Shown here in pieces: positions 25,880 through 38,824 of a stretch of DNA of 64,000 nucleotides. The notes under the pieces were generated by a model that saw nothing but the letters and a program-made list of their open reading frames with translations, was not told where the DNA came from and ran no database searches. Source of the DNA: Chiloscyllium plagiosum. Taxonomy: Eukaryota. The position numbers were made by a program, and so were the translations under genes. The stretch covers positions 87,106,139 through 87,170,138 of the forward strand of contig NC_057718.1 of the NCBI RefSeq assembly GCF_004010195.1, read 5' to 3'. Each line of letters starts with the position of its first letter. The stretch's first letter is position 1.

Positions 25880-26370
25880 ATTTATTAGTTCCACTCATTC
25901 AAACTCTGTTTACCACAGGCATACTCTCACCACATCCTGTTCACTGATCATACCTCTGCTGACTGACCCTACACTGTATTTGGTTCATAGTCTCAGTTTT
26001 AAAATACTGATTCTTTTTTTAAATCTCTTAATGGCCTCATCCTTCCTTATTTCTATAATTGCCTCCAACTTTACAAACCTCCCCGATTCTGTCCTCTTAT
26101 ACATCCAAATAATTGACAGTCACCCTTCAGCTGCCTAGACACTCAGCCCTGAAAATCAGTCCCTACATCTCTCCCATCCCTCTGGCCAAATCTCTCAATT
26201 TCCTTTATGACACACCTTAAAACCTATTTCTTTGACTAAGCTTTGATTCACTTGAATTAGTGTCTCCTAATGTAGTTTTGTGTCCAATAGTGAGTAATAA
26301 TGCTTATGTGAAGCACCTCAGAATCCTTCACTACATTAAAGTCATTCTGTAAATTGAAGTTATTGTTGTT
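25880..26370 (+). mobile_element. Old L2-like LINE 3' end
   Basis: CCTTCAGCTGCC..CTTAAAACCTATTTCTTTGAC..TGTGAAGCAC..TACATTAAAG..(GTT)n tail. Confidence 0.55.
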
Positions 26371-26557
26371 TACCTGTCTCTTGCACTCAGTAAAGTTTCA
26401 GGGTCTAATGAGCTGCAATGCATCCAGAACCAGGAATTAGTAAATTTTTAGCTTCATCAAAAGTGTAGTTTGTTATCTTAAATCCTAAGTATCTGTTTAC
26501 TTCCTACTGGTTCTGGCTCAGTATTATACTAAAATTGACTTCATGACATTGGACTAG

Positions 26558-26660
26558 TCCACAGATGATCGAGGACCATACTATCTACATGTGGACCACA
26601 TGAAGCCAGTAGAAATGTTGGTTACTTTCTCTGCATTGGTACGCTGGGATAATATCAGCT
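26558..26660 (+). CDS. ADGB: Androglobin exon (103 nt, phase 0-1; in-frame alternative end at 26696): STDDRGPYYLHVDHMKPVEMLVTFSALVRWDNIS
   Basis: ctag| acceptor. Donor T|gtgaga or AAG|gttagt. Resembles recalled human FSEERVSYYLFVDSLKPIELLVCFSALVRW. Absent from the ORF track. Confidence 0.88.
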
Positions 26661-26859
26661 GTGAGAAGAACCTTAACAAAGGAAACAATGACAAAGGTTA
26701 GTGCTTCATGCATTTTATTTACTGTTATAGAGTTATCAGGGATAAAAGAAAAGTATGCCTACTCTGCTAAACAATTAGATTATGGCCAACCTGCACTTGC
26801 AATTCATTTTTATTGAAAATGAATCAATCACCATTGTGAAATATTTTTAATTGACATAG

Positions 26860-27350
26860 ATTCAATCACTTTCTAACCAACAGTGCCAGATTTTCACTAT
26901 CCTTTGTGCGGACATCACCCAGCTCTAAAGCATGATGTGTCTTTGTTTTGAACTTTTGATGAAGAACTTTTTCTCTATCCCTGCAATCAAAGCCTTCAAT
27001 AATTTTAAACAGCTCAATTAAATGATGCCTGAATATCATATAATCAAGGCAATGCAAACTTAATCTCCACAAACTTTCTTCATAATTAAATCCTCCAGTC
27101 CTGGCATCATTCTGTCACATCAGAATTGCAACTCTTCCAAGGCCACTATGTCCGTTCAGAAGTGTGATCCAAGATTTAAAGTTAGTACTCCAAGTGGTCC
27201 ACTCATAACTCAGCAATGTAACTAACATATCTTTATTTCTAATCCTCTTGAGAGAAAGACCAATATTCCATTGGCCTTTCCATTTTGTTTTTGCAATTCT
27301 TGGGGGTTTAGACCTGTTTAGCCTTATTGCATGGTGCCTCCAACTTTCCT
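26860..27350 (-). mobile_element. Old CR1 fragment
   Basis: Minus-strand LIELFKIIEGFDCRDREK, matching the CR1 RT C-terminal region. Confidence 0.6.
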
Positions 27351-27541
27351 GAATGCAAGAGGCAGGCAAACAACAATAACTTCAACTTAGAGAATGACTT
27401 TAATGTAGTGAATGATTTTGAGGTGCTTCACACCAGCTCTCCTTTATGTTGACAAAGGACATAACTTTCACGTGGCAGTTTCCTTTCATTGGCACCACTT
27501 CCAGACATATAATCCATGTTTCAAGTATTTCTTATTATCCG

Positions 27542-27876
27542 TGGGCGGCACAGTGGCACAGTGGCAGCACGGTGGCACAGTGGTTAGCACTGCTGCCTCA
27601 CAGCGCCAGAGACCCAAGTTCAATTCCCACCTCAGGTGACTGCCTGCGTGGAGTTTGCACATTCTCCCCGCGTCTGCGTGTGTTTCCTCCGGGTGCTCCG
27701 GTTTCCTCCCACAGTCCAAAAATGTGCAGGTTAGATGAATTGGCCATGCTAATTTGCCCGTAGTGTTAGGTGAAGGGATAAATGTAGGGGAATGGGTCTG
27801 GGTGGGTTACGCTTCGGCGGGTCAATGTGGACTTGTTGGGCCGAAGGTCCTGTTTCCACACTGTAAGTAATCTAAA
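27542..27876 (+). mobile_element. HE1-like SINE with duplicated 5' head segment
   Basis: GGGCGGCACAGTGGCACAGTGGCAGCACGGTGGCACAGTGGTTAGC, near-identical body to the 54021 copy. Confidence 0.9.
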
Positions 27877-29233
27877 TTGCATTGAATCCCTTTACAGTAG
27901 ATGCAAACTGCTAAACCCCTTTTCAAACATTTTTAAAAAACAATTGCAAATTCCACAAATTACAAATTTTCACAACTGTACTATTTCCAGGTCAATGGAC
28001 ATATTTACTTAGTTGAAAACCTTTGATTTGTGACTTGCCTTCTCTCTGTAAAATTTAAGATTGAGTTCTATCGTATTCTGGTCTCTGTTAGCTAGGTGTT
28101 CTTTTACCATTACATGGCTGACTAATCCATGCTTTTTATTCATTACCAAATCTAAGATGATTCATTCACTTGTTGTTACAAAAATACATCACTTCAGAAA
28201 ACTGTGAATCAACTCAAGAAATTTGCTCTTTTTGGGAGATAAGCTGTTCTGCTTTCCCCAGTTTATCTGAAAAATTAAAGTTTCACATTTTAAGTACTCT
28301 GACTTTGGGCTAGTTTGATCTCCACATTTATATTTTCAGTATTTTATAATTGAAACCAAAAATTCTGTGAACAACTCCCACCAAAGTTTTATAACGATTT
28401 TTATTTCTTAATTCTACCTATACTATTTTTGCTACCTGCTCAATATATTGATGTATTCATTTTCCAAATCTATAATAGTGTCTTTTATCAGTGTCCCCCT
28501 TTTCCTTTCCATGATCAAGGTCTGGGATATTTATCACCCAGTCATCCCCAGCTGGCTATTATGTCCCACCCTTTAAGCTGTGCTTGCACTTCTAACTAAT
28601 TTAGTTTATTTCATTTGCTTTATGCATAAGCGTATCCTACTTTCGATCAGGGAATACTTACAATCCTGCCTTTATATCATGATGCTGCTTTGAACACACA
28701 TTTCAACATGCTAAATTCCTTTTTTTAATCACTTCTGACATTTTTAAAATCAGTTGTTCTGTTGTTATTTATTGATATAGTGGTACAGTAGGAAAGTGGA
28801 TCCAAGGTTGAAGGTTAGCCATTACTTCATTGAATGGTGGAACAGGCGCGATGGCCGTATGACTTCCTGCTTCTCTGTCTTATGTTCCTGCATTATAATT
28901 ACCTGTACTTCTTCCTTAACCTGAACTGTTTATATTGACACAATTGATGACCTGGGATTTACTCTTATCTTACTTTTAATCTCCTTGGCTATTTCAATTT
29001 TCACTTGGGTTTCCTAAACAACTCCCTGCATTAATTCCCTTTCCCTTGCAATAGTTTAAATACCGTTTTTTTAAACTCTTATTTTTTTTTTGCTTAGTAC
29101 TTTGGTCTAGCCCTATTCAGGTGAGGTTAGCAGTACTTTACCTTCCTGTTCAGAGATCAACATACCATAGCACTGCTTTTTGTGGCAGTAGCAGCAACTG
29201 CTGATCATAAACATCTAGCAAATGTCCATATTG

Positions 29234-30285
29234 TGTCACAGTGCTGGTCTTTTTAAAAGGTTACTATGCCCTTGAGTTTTCTCGAGAGAGAGGGGGTAAT
29301 CGGCCAGGCTCCAACTAGGCTGGGTTTGAAAGGTCCTTTTTCTTTACCCCTAACAAATAATGCCTCTGGCATAAGGCTTTCATGTCTTAAAAAGCAGTAT
29401 AATCAAAGAGGAGTGCCCAACAAGCTGTGTAGCTAGCCTCTAATTTAGATTAGAGTTTTTGATTCAGTTCAGCAGCAGTGTGTGTGAAGAAAATCTGCTG
29501 GGACAAGTCAAACAGGGTATTCTATCTCTCCAACTTCAAACCTGTGAGCCTTGGTTTGTTTCATTTTTACTCTTTGTGCTAAGGGATGTGTTTATTGGGA
29601 CTGTTGCAAGTATTTTCAGAACAGTATTATTAAGTTGGGATAGTCTGTCGGGTTTTTGGATAGGATAAGTTATCAGTGTTCTATTTTCTGTTCTGTGTGT
29701 TTCATTCCATAAGTTTGTAAATAAATTCTGTTTGTTTAAAACTTGGCAGTCGGACCAGCTAGTTCACTTTGTGAATATCCACTGTACACTCAGCTAAACA
29801 AATAGCAAAGTTACAATATGGGCTACCTGCTTAAAATTGTTTTGAGGGGTTGGGCCTGGTCCATAACAGATTGGGATCTCTTTGCGGGATTTAAACAGCA
29901 AGTGGTAGGTGTTAGTCTCTTTTATTTTGGGTATTGATTTGGTTAATTTAAACAGTGCTCGGATAGCAATGGCTCTTTCGGTCACCAAGGAGGTTCTGGA
30001 GATGGAAGAAGTGACCTTGGGGGGTTTTACAAAAGGCAATTAAGATCAAGCTGTGGGAATTAGTAGACATACTGGAGTTGAAGTTACCTCCTAATGTGAT
30101 AAAAGATGAGATGTTTGCAGCAGTAGCTCAGCATTTAAATTTGCTGGAGACTCCATCAGGATCTGTAGACATAGCTAAACATCAATTGCAAATGAAGAAG
30201 CTTCGGTTAGAAACAGAAACGAAACAGTTTGAGTTACAATTAAAATCAGAAGAGAAAGAAAAAGAATGAAGGGCTTTAGTAGACG
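29234..30285 (+). mobile_element. Gypsy-like 5' LTR (29234-29868), PBS-like site and truncated gag
   Basis: TGTCACA...CATAACA termini, AATAAA near 29720. TGGGATCTCTTTGCGGGATT at ~29872 resembles a tRNA-Pro PBS. ATG at 29969 starts MALSVTKEVLEMEEVTLG. Confidence 0.75.
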
Positions 30286-30451
30286 AGAATGAAACAAATC
30301 AGGGCTCACAGGCTTGAAGTTAGAGAGAGAGAGTATCCAGCTGGACTTACCCCAGCTGCCTTTCCTCACACATACAGCTGCTGAACTGAATCAAAAACTC
30401 TAACCTAACGAAGGCTAGTTACACAGCTAACTGGCCACATCCCTTTGATTA

Positions 30452-31801
30452 TAGAGCAGCCTTGATTATCCGAACAAGATGGGCGAGCACTATTTCGTTC
30501 AGAAAATTGATTATTCGGTTAATTGATTCAATGCTTCTCTCCTCTGGGGTTCAGAGTTTTCTGAAGTTTCCTTTCTCCTTGTTCTGCCTGCCTTGCTCCC
30601 TCTCTCTGTCTCAGGGTTTGTTTCTGAGCAGGCAAACACCAATGTGTAAAGGACCTGCAGCATTGCTGAAGCCTCCTGCCTCTGCTCCCCCTCCCCCCAC
30701 ATCAGTTCAATGGGATCAACACAAGCACTTGCTAAATCTGCTCCCCGTTCAGGAGACTAGGCAGCAGCATGCTGCGCGCGAGCCCCCGCCCCCCCACCGT
30801 CTGCCTCCAACCTGGCTCCCATCTGCACCCCCAACCCCACCACCCATCTNNNNNNNNNNNNNNNNNNNNNNNNNNNNNNNNNNNNNNNNNNNNNNNNNNN
30901 NNNNNNNNNNNNNNNNNNNNNNNNNNNNNNNNNNNNNNNNNNNNNNNNNNNNNNNNNNNNNNNNNNNNNNNNNNNNNNNNNNNNNNNNNNNNNNNNNNNN
31001 NNNNNNNNNNNNNNNNNNNNNNNNNNNNNNNNNNNNNNNNNNNNNNNNNNNNNNNNNNNNNNNNNNNNNNNNNNNNNNNNNNNNNNNNNNNNNNNNNNNN
31101 NNNNNNNNNNNNNNNNNNNNNNNNNNNNNNNNNNNNNNNNNNNNNNNNNNNNNNNNNNNNNNNNNNNNNNNNNNNNNNNNNNNNNNNNNNNNNNNNNNNN
31201 NNNNNNNNNNNNNNNNNNNNNNNNCACCCAGTCTGCCCCCACTCCCACATCCCCGCCCCACCAACCCCAATCAACCCTGTCCCTATCCGCCCCCACCCAC
31301 TGTCCGGCCCCACAATTCCCCCCCGCGCCCCCTGCCCCCCAAGGGGCAGCTGGACTGGACATCAACAGCAAGACTGCTGCTACCTTTGGGGGGGAGGGGG
31401 TGGGAGTGTCAAAATAGCGCACAGACACGCACACACATGCAGCCACACACACAACGTTTTACTGCAACTTTTTGACAAGTTTCACCTTTGCTCTATACAG
31501 GACAATGTTGGAGAGATTATCTGGGGAAGGGAGGTTTAGGGTACACTCCATGGAAAGTGTGGGGAGAGAGATAGGGCGGGTGGTCAGTCATTTGGAGACG
31601 GCGCCTGGGCTCCCATCGGTGTCCAGGACTGTTCTCAGCAGCATTTCAGTAAGCCAAATTCATTTTTAATCGTTGTAAACAAAAGACACAATCAGTATTG
31701 GAAACACCTCTTTGACGTAATGTTTCTATCCGGACCTTGAGATCTTCTTCAGATAATCCGAAATTCGGATAATTGATATTCGGATAATCAAGGTTCCTCT
31801 G
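30452..31801 (-). mobile_element. Tc1/mariner-pogo (Tigger-like) non-autonomous element containing an assembly gap
   Basis: TIRs ..CCTTGATTATCCGAA / TTCGGATAATCAAGGTTCCTCTG, TA on both flanks. Same family as 44254-44836 in opposite orientation. Confidence 0.8.
30850..31224. other. Assembly gap (N run)
   Basis: Run of N bases flanked by C-rich low-complexity sequence. Confidence 0.99.
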
Positions 31802-32674
31802 TACATCGTAATTTTTTAAGACATGAAAGCTTTAGGCCAGAGGCATTATCTGTTAGGGGTATCAAAAAGGACCCCAATAAACCTTTCAAACCCAGCCTCG
31901 TTGGAGCCTGGCCAATTGCCCCCCTCTCTGGAAAGAATCTAAAAGGGCATAATAACCTTGTAAAAAGACCAGCATTGAGTCAAGTGTTACGTATTGAAAT
32001 CACAGCCTTAAGATAACAGATATGCATGACATCTTTTGAGCTCTTACATTGTTTCCAGGTATATTGAAGCTAAGACCTGCATTTGTATTGTGCTTTTTAC
32101 AATCTCAGCACATCCCAAGGCACCCTACAGCCAGTGAAGTACATTTGAAATGCTGTAACATCAGAAACACATTATTCAATTTGCTCCGAACAAAGTCCCA
32201 TAAACAGCAATGCGATAAATGTTGGTCAGGATTCCAGGGCTAACTCCTCATTCTTCTTTAAAGCAGTGCCATGGAATATTGTATGGTCACCTGAGAGGGC
32301 AGATGTATTCCCAATTTAGCAACCCTTTCAGTAAAAGATACCTGACAATCCCCTGAGTAGAACTTGAGTCAATAACCTTCTAACTTGAAGGTGAAGATGT
32401 TATACAATGAATTATAACAAATGCACATGAAAATGGCAAAGAAGTTGATGTCAATGCCAAATGAACAGTCAATAGTTACGCAAGAAAAGCTTGGAAATGC
32501 TGACAAAAATAAAAACTAAAAAAAGTTGCAAGTACACAGAAGTTCAGCATTTGTTAAGCATTCACCTGGCTGATCACTTGAGATCTAGCAATGATTCTCC
32601 AATACATTCCTTTGGTATAATTACGATATGCTGTAATATTAATGAGGCCATTAGTATTACAATAATTTTAAAAT

Positions 32675-33120
32675 ACCATAAGAAACAGGATCTGGAAGAG
32701 GCCATTTGGCCCCTTGAACTTGCTTTGCTATTCAGTAAATTATAAATGATTGTGGCCTTAGCTCCACTTTGTCTGCCCTCCATACCCCTTGACTCCCTTA
32801 AATCAAATATCTGTCTAACTCAGGCTTGAATATATTCAATTGCACAGACTTAAATGGTAGAGAATTTCAGACATTGACAAATCACCGTGAGAAGGAAATC
32901 CTCCTCATCTCTGTCTAAAATGGGAGACTCTTTATTTTGAAACAATACTCCAAGTTCTAGATTACCCCAGAAGGAGAAACACCGCCTCAGTGTCTAGCCT
33001 GGCAAACTCCTTCATAATCTTATATGTTTCAAAAGGTCACTTCTCACTCCTCCAAATTCCAATAAGTATCAGCCCAACTAGTTCACTCATTCTTCAATAG
33101 ACAGTCCCTCCTCATCCAAA
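32675..33120 (-). mobile_element. Old CR1 3' end
   Basis: CCATAAGAAACAGGA..GGCCATTTGGCCCCTTG tail in reverse, followed by decayed RT C-terminus. Confidence 0.65.
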
Positions 33121-34056
33121 GCCTGTTTTGAATGTTTTTAAAAAAAAGCAAAAGTCATGTTCTTGTTTCTGCAGCAAGTTTTGGCATTTTCCATGATGTT
33201 ACCCTCAGTGAACTCTACAAACTTTTTTGCTTACTGCTGTTCTAAATACTGGGCACTGACATGTAATTATTGTTTGGCAATAGTGTCATAGATTTCCCAG
33301 TTTATTGTGCTGGAAGATGTGAGGTGAATGGAGAAATTCTGCACATTTGTGAGACGGTATTTTATGATCCTTTGATTGCCTGCTGTATTTCCTACCAGAG
33401 CTAGCCAAGCTCTGCTGGAGTGTGATGCCAGTCTGAAAAGAGAGAATTACAGCATACCTGATCTCCTTGACTGTGGCAGAATTGATAGTCTGTAATCTCT
33501 CCCACATTCTACAAAACCTGGAAACTGCTGTAATTTCCACAAGCAATGGTGGCAGCGCAGGCTAGAATAACCAATTGTATGATAGAGACTTTTAAGTTTT
33601 ATTCACAACAGATACATTTATGATGTGAAAAAGATATAAAATTGCATGGCTCTGAACATGGGAATAGGACTAATTTGAATTACTGTTACAAAGGCCATCA
33701 CAAACATATGGAATCATAGCCATGTCCTTTAATGTAAAATAATATGTTTACATGAAGTAGTACCTTTCATTTTGTGCATGTCTTTGCAGAATGTATTTGT
33801 CTACTTTTTCACTTAAAACTTACAGAAATGATTCTGCACTCCCACTAGGAAGCCATATTTAAAGCAGATGGTGCTCTTGCACATCCTGTGAGAGTGCAAC
33901 CTCCTGCTGGCAGAATAAAATGAAGAACTCACCTTGTTGTGTGTTTCCCTTTTATGACAAGAATAATGTCTAAAAAAAATAAGCAATATATATTGATAGG
34001 TGTACATGATTTATGACAATACCCATTCATCATTTTACCTTTATCATTATTATCAG

Positions 34057-34198
34057 ATAACGTGAAGGAATTCTCAGGCCTTCCGTCAGGCATGCTCATC
34101 GCTGAGTCATACTCTTGGAAGAGTCTTGCTTTGAACCCCCCAATTCTATACATCAGAACTGTGGCTACAAAATCAACCATCTTGGAGCTACCTTGTGG
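34057..34198 (+). CDS. ADGB: Androglobin exon (142 nt, phase 1-2): NVKEFSGLPSGMLIAESYSWKSLALNPPILYIRTVATKSTILELPC
   Basis: ttattatcag| acceptor, GG|gtatgt donor. Resembles recalled human PGLLTAETFSWKSL..IHTYATKATVVRLPVG. Confidence 0.92.
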
Positions 34199-34580
34199 GT
34201 ATGTAGTCATTTTCTATATCAACCAAGGAGACTTTCAAACCAATTCTTGTCCACACATATAAATTGGTTTTAAATAGTTAAAAACCAAATCAAAATCCCA
34301 CCAGAGTGGGGAATGTGCTAAAACCACTCAATCTTCTTGCAAGGATACATACAGAGAGCACACAATCGTGGCAAGAAAGGAACATTGCATTGATTCCAAA
34401 TGCAAAGGTTTGGACCAATTATCGAGTCATAGAGTCAGAGAGATGTACAGCACGTAAACAGACCCTTCGGTCCAACCCGTCCATGCCGACCAGATATCCC
34501 AACCCAATCTAGTCCCACCTGCCAGCACCCGGCCCATATCCCTCCAAACCCTTCCTATTCATATACCCATCCAAATGCCT

Positions 34581-35310
34581 NNNNNNNNNNNNNNNNNNNN
34601 NNNNNNNNNNNNNNNNNNNNNNNNNNNNNNNNNNNNNNNNNNNNNNNNNNNNNNNNNNNNNNNNNNNNNNNNNNNNNNNNNNNNNNNNNNNNNNNNNNNN
34701 NNNNNNNNNNNNNNNNNNNNNNNNNNNNNNNNNNNNNNNNNNNNNNNNNNNNNNNNNNNNNNNNNNNNNNNNNNNNNNNNNNNNNNNNNNNNNNNNNNNN
34801 NNNNNNNNNNNNNNNNNNNNNNNNNNNNNNNNNNNNNNNNNNNNNNNNNNNNNNNNNNNNNNNNNNNNNNNNNNNNNNNNNNNNNNNNNNNNNNNNNNNN
34901 NNNNNNNNNNNNNNNNNNNNNNNNNNNNNNNNNNNNNNNNNNNNNNNNNNNNNNNNNNNNNNNNNNNNNNNNNNNNNNNNNNNNNNNNNNNNNNNNNNNN
35001 NNNNNNNNNNNNNNNNNNNNNNNNNNNNNNNNNNNNNNNNNNNNNNNNNNNNNNNNNNNNNNNNNNNNNNNNNNNNNNNNNNNNNNNNNNNNNNNNNNNN
35101 NNNNNNNNNNNNNNNNNNNNNNNNNNNNNNNNNNNNNNNNNNNNNNNNNNNNNNNNNNNNNNNNNNNNNNNNNNNNNNNNNNNNNNNNNNNNNNNNNNNN
35201 NNNNNNNNNNNNNNNNNNNNNNNNNNNNNNNNNNNNNNNNNNNNNNNNNNNNNNNNNNNNNNNNNNNNNNNNNNNNNNNNNNNNNNNNNNNNNNNNNNNN
35301 NNNNNNNNNN
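34581..35310. other. Assembly gap (N run)
   Basis: Run of N bases within the CR1. Confidence 0.99.
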
Positions 35311-35549
35311 ACCCCAACCTATTCAGCCTCTCCCTATAGCTCAAATCCTCCAACCCTGGCAACATCCTTGTAAATCTTTTCTGAATCCTTTCAAGTTTCA
35401 CAGCATCCTTCCTGTAGACGGGAGAACAGAACTGCACACAATATTCCAAACGTGGCCTAACCAATGTCCTGTACAGCCACAACATGACCTCCCAACTCCT
35501 ATACGCTCTGACCAATAAAGGCAAGCATTTCAAACACCTTCTTTGCTAT

Positions 35550-36346
35550 TGTTATGACACGGAGGCTAACCCCTCTGTTAATTAAACCAAACACCCAGAA
35601 AAGCTCACCTCACCTCATAATCTGTTAAAATATGGGTGACAGAGAACTCCCAAATTCCACTATTTAAAGAAAATAACATCAATTTATTTTCCTAACTCTA
35701 AAAGCGAACATTAAACAACAACTATTCACAACTCTAATCCCCCTTTCTTTTTATTGCTTCCAATCTACCCTAACTCTACAATAATATGCTGTTCCAATAT
35801 GACACTTACTAAAACTACATCCATTTAATTTCAAAGTCATAAGACCGCTGACTTCTCCCGTATCTTCACACTTCCAGATGAGGATCTCCCTGGATCGTCT
35901 TCTTTTTACTGAGAATGTTTCACATGAAAAGATATCTTTAAAAGAGGGTGTTTTCTAATCTCTTTGAGAGCAAGATATTCACTCTCCATGAGTTTTTCTC
36001 TCTCTACGATAGCTGCTCTCTGACTATTTTTCAAAATGTCTACATTTTACACTCCCTCATCATCAGATCCATTCATTGCTTTGATGTTGGCAAAACAATA
36101 AATTCAAACATAATTGGGTTTTAGTATCCTGGGGCATAATTTAAACTGATGGGTTAAATTTGAATTGTTTTCAAAACAGCAACCAAAATTCAAGTATCAT
36201 TTCACAGCCAAATGTTATATATTTTCAATTTTCCAGTACACTCTGGGACTGCCATCTTGTCATACATACAGGTACTTGTAATCTCTCAGCTCATAACGCA
36301 TTCTCTCTCACTTAAAGGTATAGTGCATACTTTCAACTTCATATCA
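35550..36346. mobile_element. Solo-LTR-like insertion (797 bp) in the CR1
   Basis: TGTTATGA...TCATATCA termini (7/8 inverted match). CR1 sequence resumes directly on both sides. Confidence 0.7.
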
Positions 36347-38824
36347 CTTCCTATTTACCTGTGACTCCACTTTCAAGGATCTATGAACCTGCACTCCAAG
36401 GTTTCTTTGTTCAGTACCACTCCCCAGGACCTTGCCACTAAATGTATAAGTCCTGCCCTGATTTGCCTTTCCAAAATGCAGCACCTCACATTTATCTAAA
36501 TTAAACTCCATCTGCCACACCTCGGCCCATTGGCCCATTTGATCAAGATCCCGTTGTATTCGGAGGTAATCTTCTTTGCTGTCCACTACACCTCCAATTT
36601 TGGTGTCACCTTCAAACTTACTAACTATACCTCCTATGTTCACATCCAAATAATTTATATAAATGACAAAAATCAGTGGACCCAGCACCGATCCTTGTAG
36701 CACACCACTGATCACAGACCTCCAGTCTGAAAGGCAACCTTCCACCACCCTCTGTCTCCTACCTTCAAGCCAGGTCTGTATCCAGATGGCTCGGTCTCCC
36801 AGTATTCCATGAGATCTAATCTTGCTAACTAGTCTCCCATGAGGAACTTTGTCGGACATGCTATATCATCCAGGTCCTGCTGCAAAATACTTGTTTAGTA
36901 TCTCCCCCATCTCCTGTGGTTCAACATGTAGGCTGCCCTGCTGAGCTTTGAGGGACCCTATTCTCTTCTTCATTCCCCTTTTTTTCCCTTAACATACTTC
37001 TAAAATCCCTTTGGATTCTCCTTAACCCTGTTTGCCAAACTATGTCCCCTTTTTGCCCTCCTGATTTCCCTCTTAAGTATACTTCTACTGCATTTATACT
37101 TTTTTAAGGATTGACTTGATCTCTGCTATATATAGCTTACATATGCTTCCTTCTTATTCTTGACCGAAACCTCAACTTCTCTAGTCATCCATCATTCCCG
37201 ACAACTACCAGCATTGCCTTTCACCCTAACAGAAACGTACTGTCTCTGGACTCTCCTGATCTCATTTTTGAAGGCTTCCCATTTTCCAGCTGTCCCTTTA
37301 CCTGTGGACATCCATCCCCAATCAACTTTTGAAAGTTCTTGTATAATACCATCAAAATTGGCCTTTCTCCAATTTAGAACTTCAACTTTTAGATCCAGTC
37401 TATCTATCCTTTTCCATCACAGTTTTAAAACTAATAGAATTATGGTTGCTGGCCTCAAAGTGCTCCCCTACTGACAAACCTCACCAAATTATCTATTATT
37501 GGATACTCACCTCAGGACGTTGAAACTTGAATAATTTTTTTATATATCAATGCATTAAAAACCCTTGTAATTTGTAACTTATTTCCTCCCCTAGCCAGTC
37601 CTCATTAATTTCATAAATGTTTAGGTATGTTAATGCAGTAGGGATGCATTTCACCCTCATTTTCAATATTTTATCAATATTTCTTATCTTTGATTTCATC
37701 GTAAAAGTTTCTGCTTTCAGAAATTGAATCTGAAAACCAGGGTTTGAGGAATGCTCTTTGGTCTACTTCAGTAAGGGATAAGAATAAAAATGAAAAAGAG
37801 AGAGAGATAAATCAAACAATACCGAAGGCATCATAATGTCATTTCAACCCATACCAGCCTGTCTCTTCATGAAAGTGTGTTGACCTCAGGAGTGCTACAC
37901 AGGATAACATTATAGGCAGGTCAGAGTGTGGGGTTTGTCATCTGAAAATGCTCTGTCACTCGCCAGTCATGCCTTCCTAAGATCGTCTTGTTTCCAGGTT
38001 TGAGAGACAGTATTTCTGCACCTACTTCCATGACTTTTTCCGTCCAACTTGTTTGATTGGAGAAGTGTCCTCTTCCACACTTATCGAGAAAACGAATCTC
38101 AGTGCAGCCCCTCAGATTTCACAGAAGGTCCAGCAGGTAAAAGTGGGGAACTGAAAGAGCAGCCTTCCATATATGTCCTTTCTCTTCCTACAATTCATCA
38201 GCCTCAAACCTCTAAATGGCTTGAAAGTCTCTTAACCTAGCAATCCTTCATTTGACAATGGATATGTCATTCAGTGTGCCCTACTAATTGTCAGGGAAAT
38301 TGGATATTGGTATTAACACCATTGCTCCAGGAAAAGACTTCAGCAAAACATGCCTTCCAGGGAATTGGTTGCACAGCCTGAAAATGGTTCTTTCATTCCA
38401 GAAGGGAGTAAATCCATACAATTTCAGTTAAAGGCTTTCTATAGGTCATTCCTTAGAAATCATCACATAGTTGCCCAGAGAGGAAAACATTTGCTCCTGT
38501 ATTTGTACAGTACTGAAGAAGTGACCGGGGAAGACTTACAGGAAGCTTAACACACCAGAAGAACTTTATTATCTAAAAAAAATTCAAAGTAGTCCAGAAA
38601 TTATTTAACTGAGCTCAACTTTGCATTTTTGTTCTTTCTTCAAATTGCTGCTTGAGTCCTGCAAGACTCCAGCAATCCTAAGCACCTAGTTATTCAGGCA
38701 AAATTACACTTTTTAACTGCATGCCATTACATATTAAATAAGTGCAGGATATTCTGCCCTCATTTACTTATTATTCTTTAATGCATCTCAACCCATTTTC
38801 AAAGGAGTTCTCTTGCCTTTTGTC

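Larger units (their letters stand above)
30288..31982 (-). mobile_element. Inverted partial copy of the same LTR (5' ~335 bp), split by a MITE
   Basis: 30288-30451 matches the reverse complement of ~29397-29565. 31812-31982 matches the reverse complement of 29234-~29394. Confidence 0.8.
34425..37475 (-). mobile_element. CR1/HER1 LINE with gap, internal deletion (~36860) and a solo-LTR insertion
   Basis: Minus-strand DKVPHGRL..QGSVLGPL..LEYCVQF; 3' tail at ~34425-34580. Confidence 0.9.

Noticed and set aside
30462..31539. Long ORFs of 173-337 aa on both strands
   Set aside because: They run through the N gap and low-complexity MITE sequence.
34559..35533. ORFs of 254 and 324 aa
   Set aside because: Mostly N; the remainder is CR1 RT.
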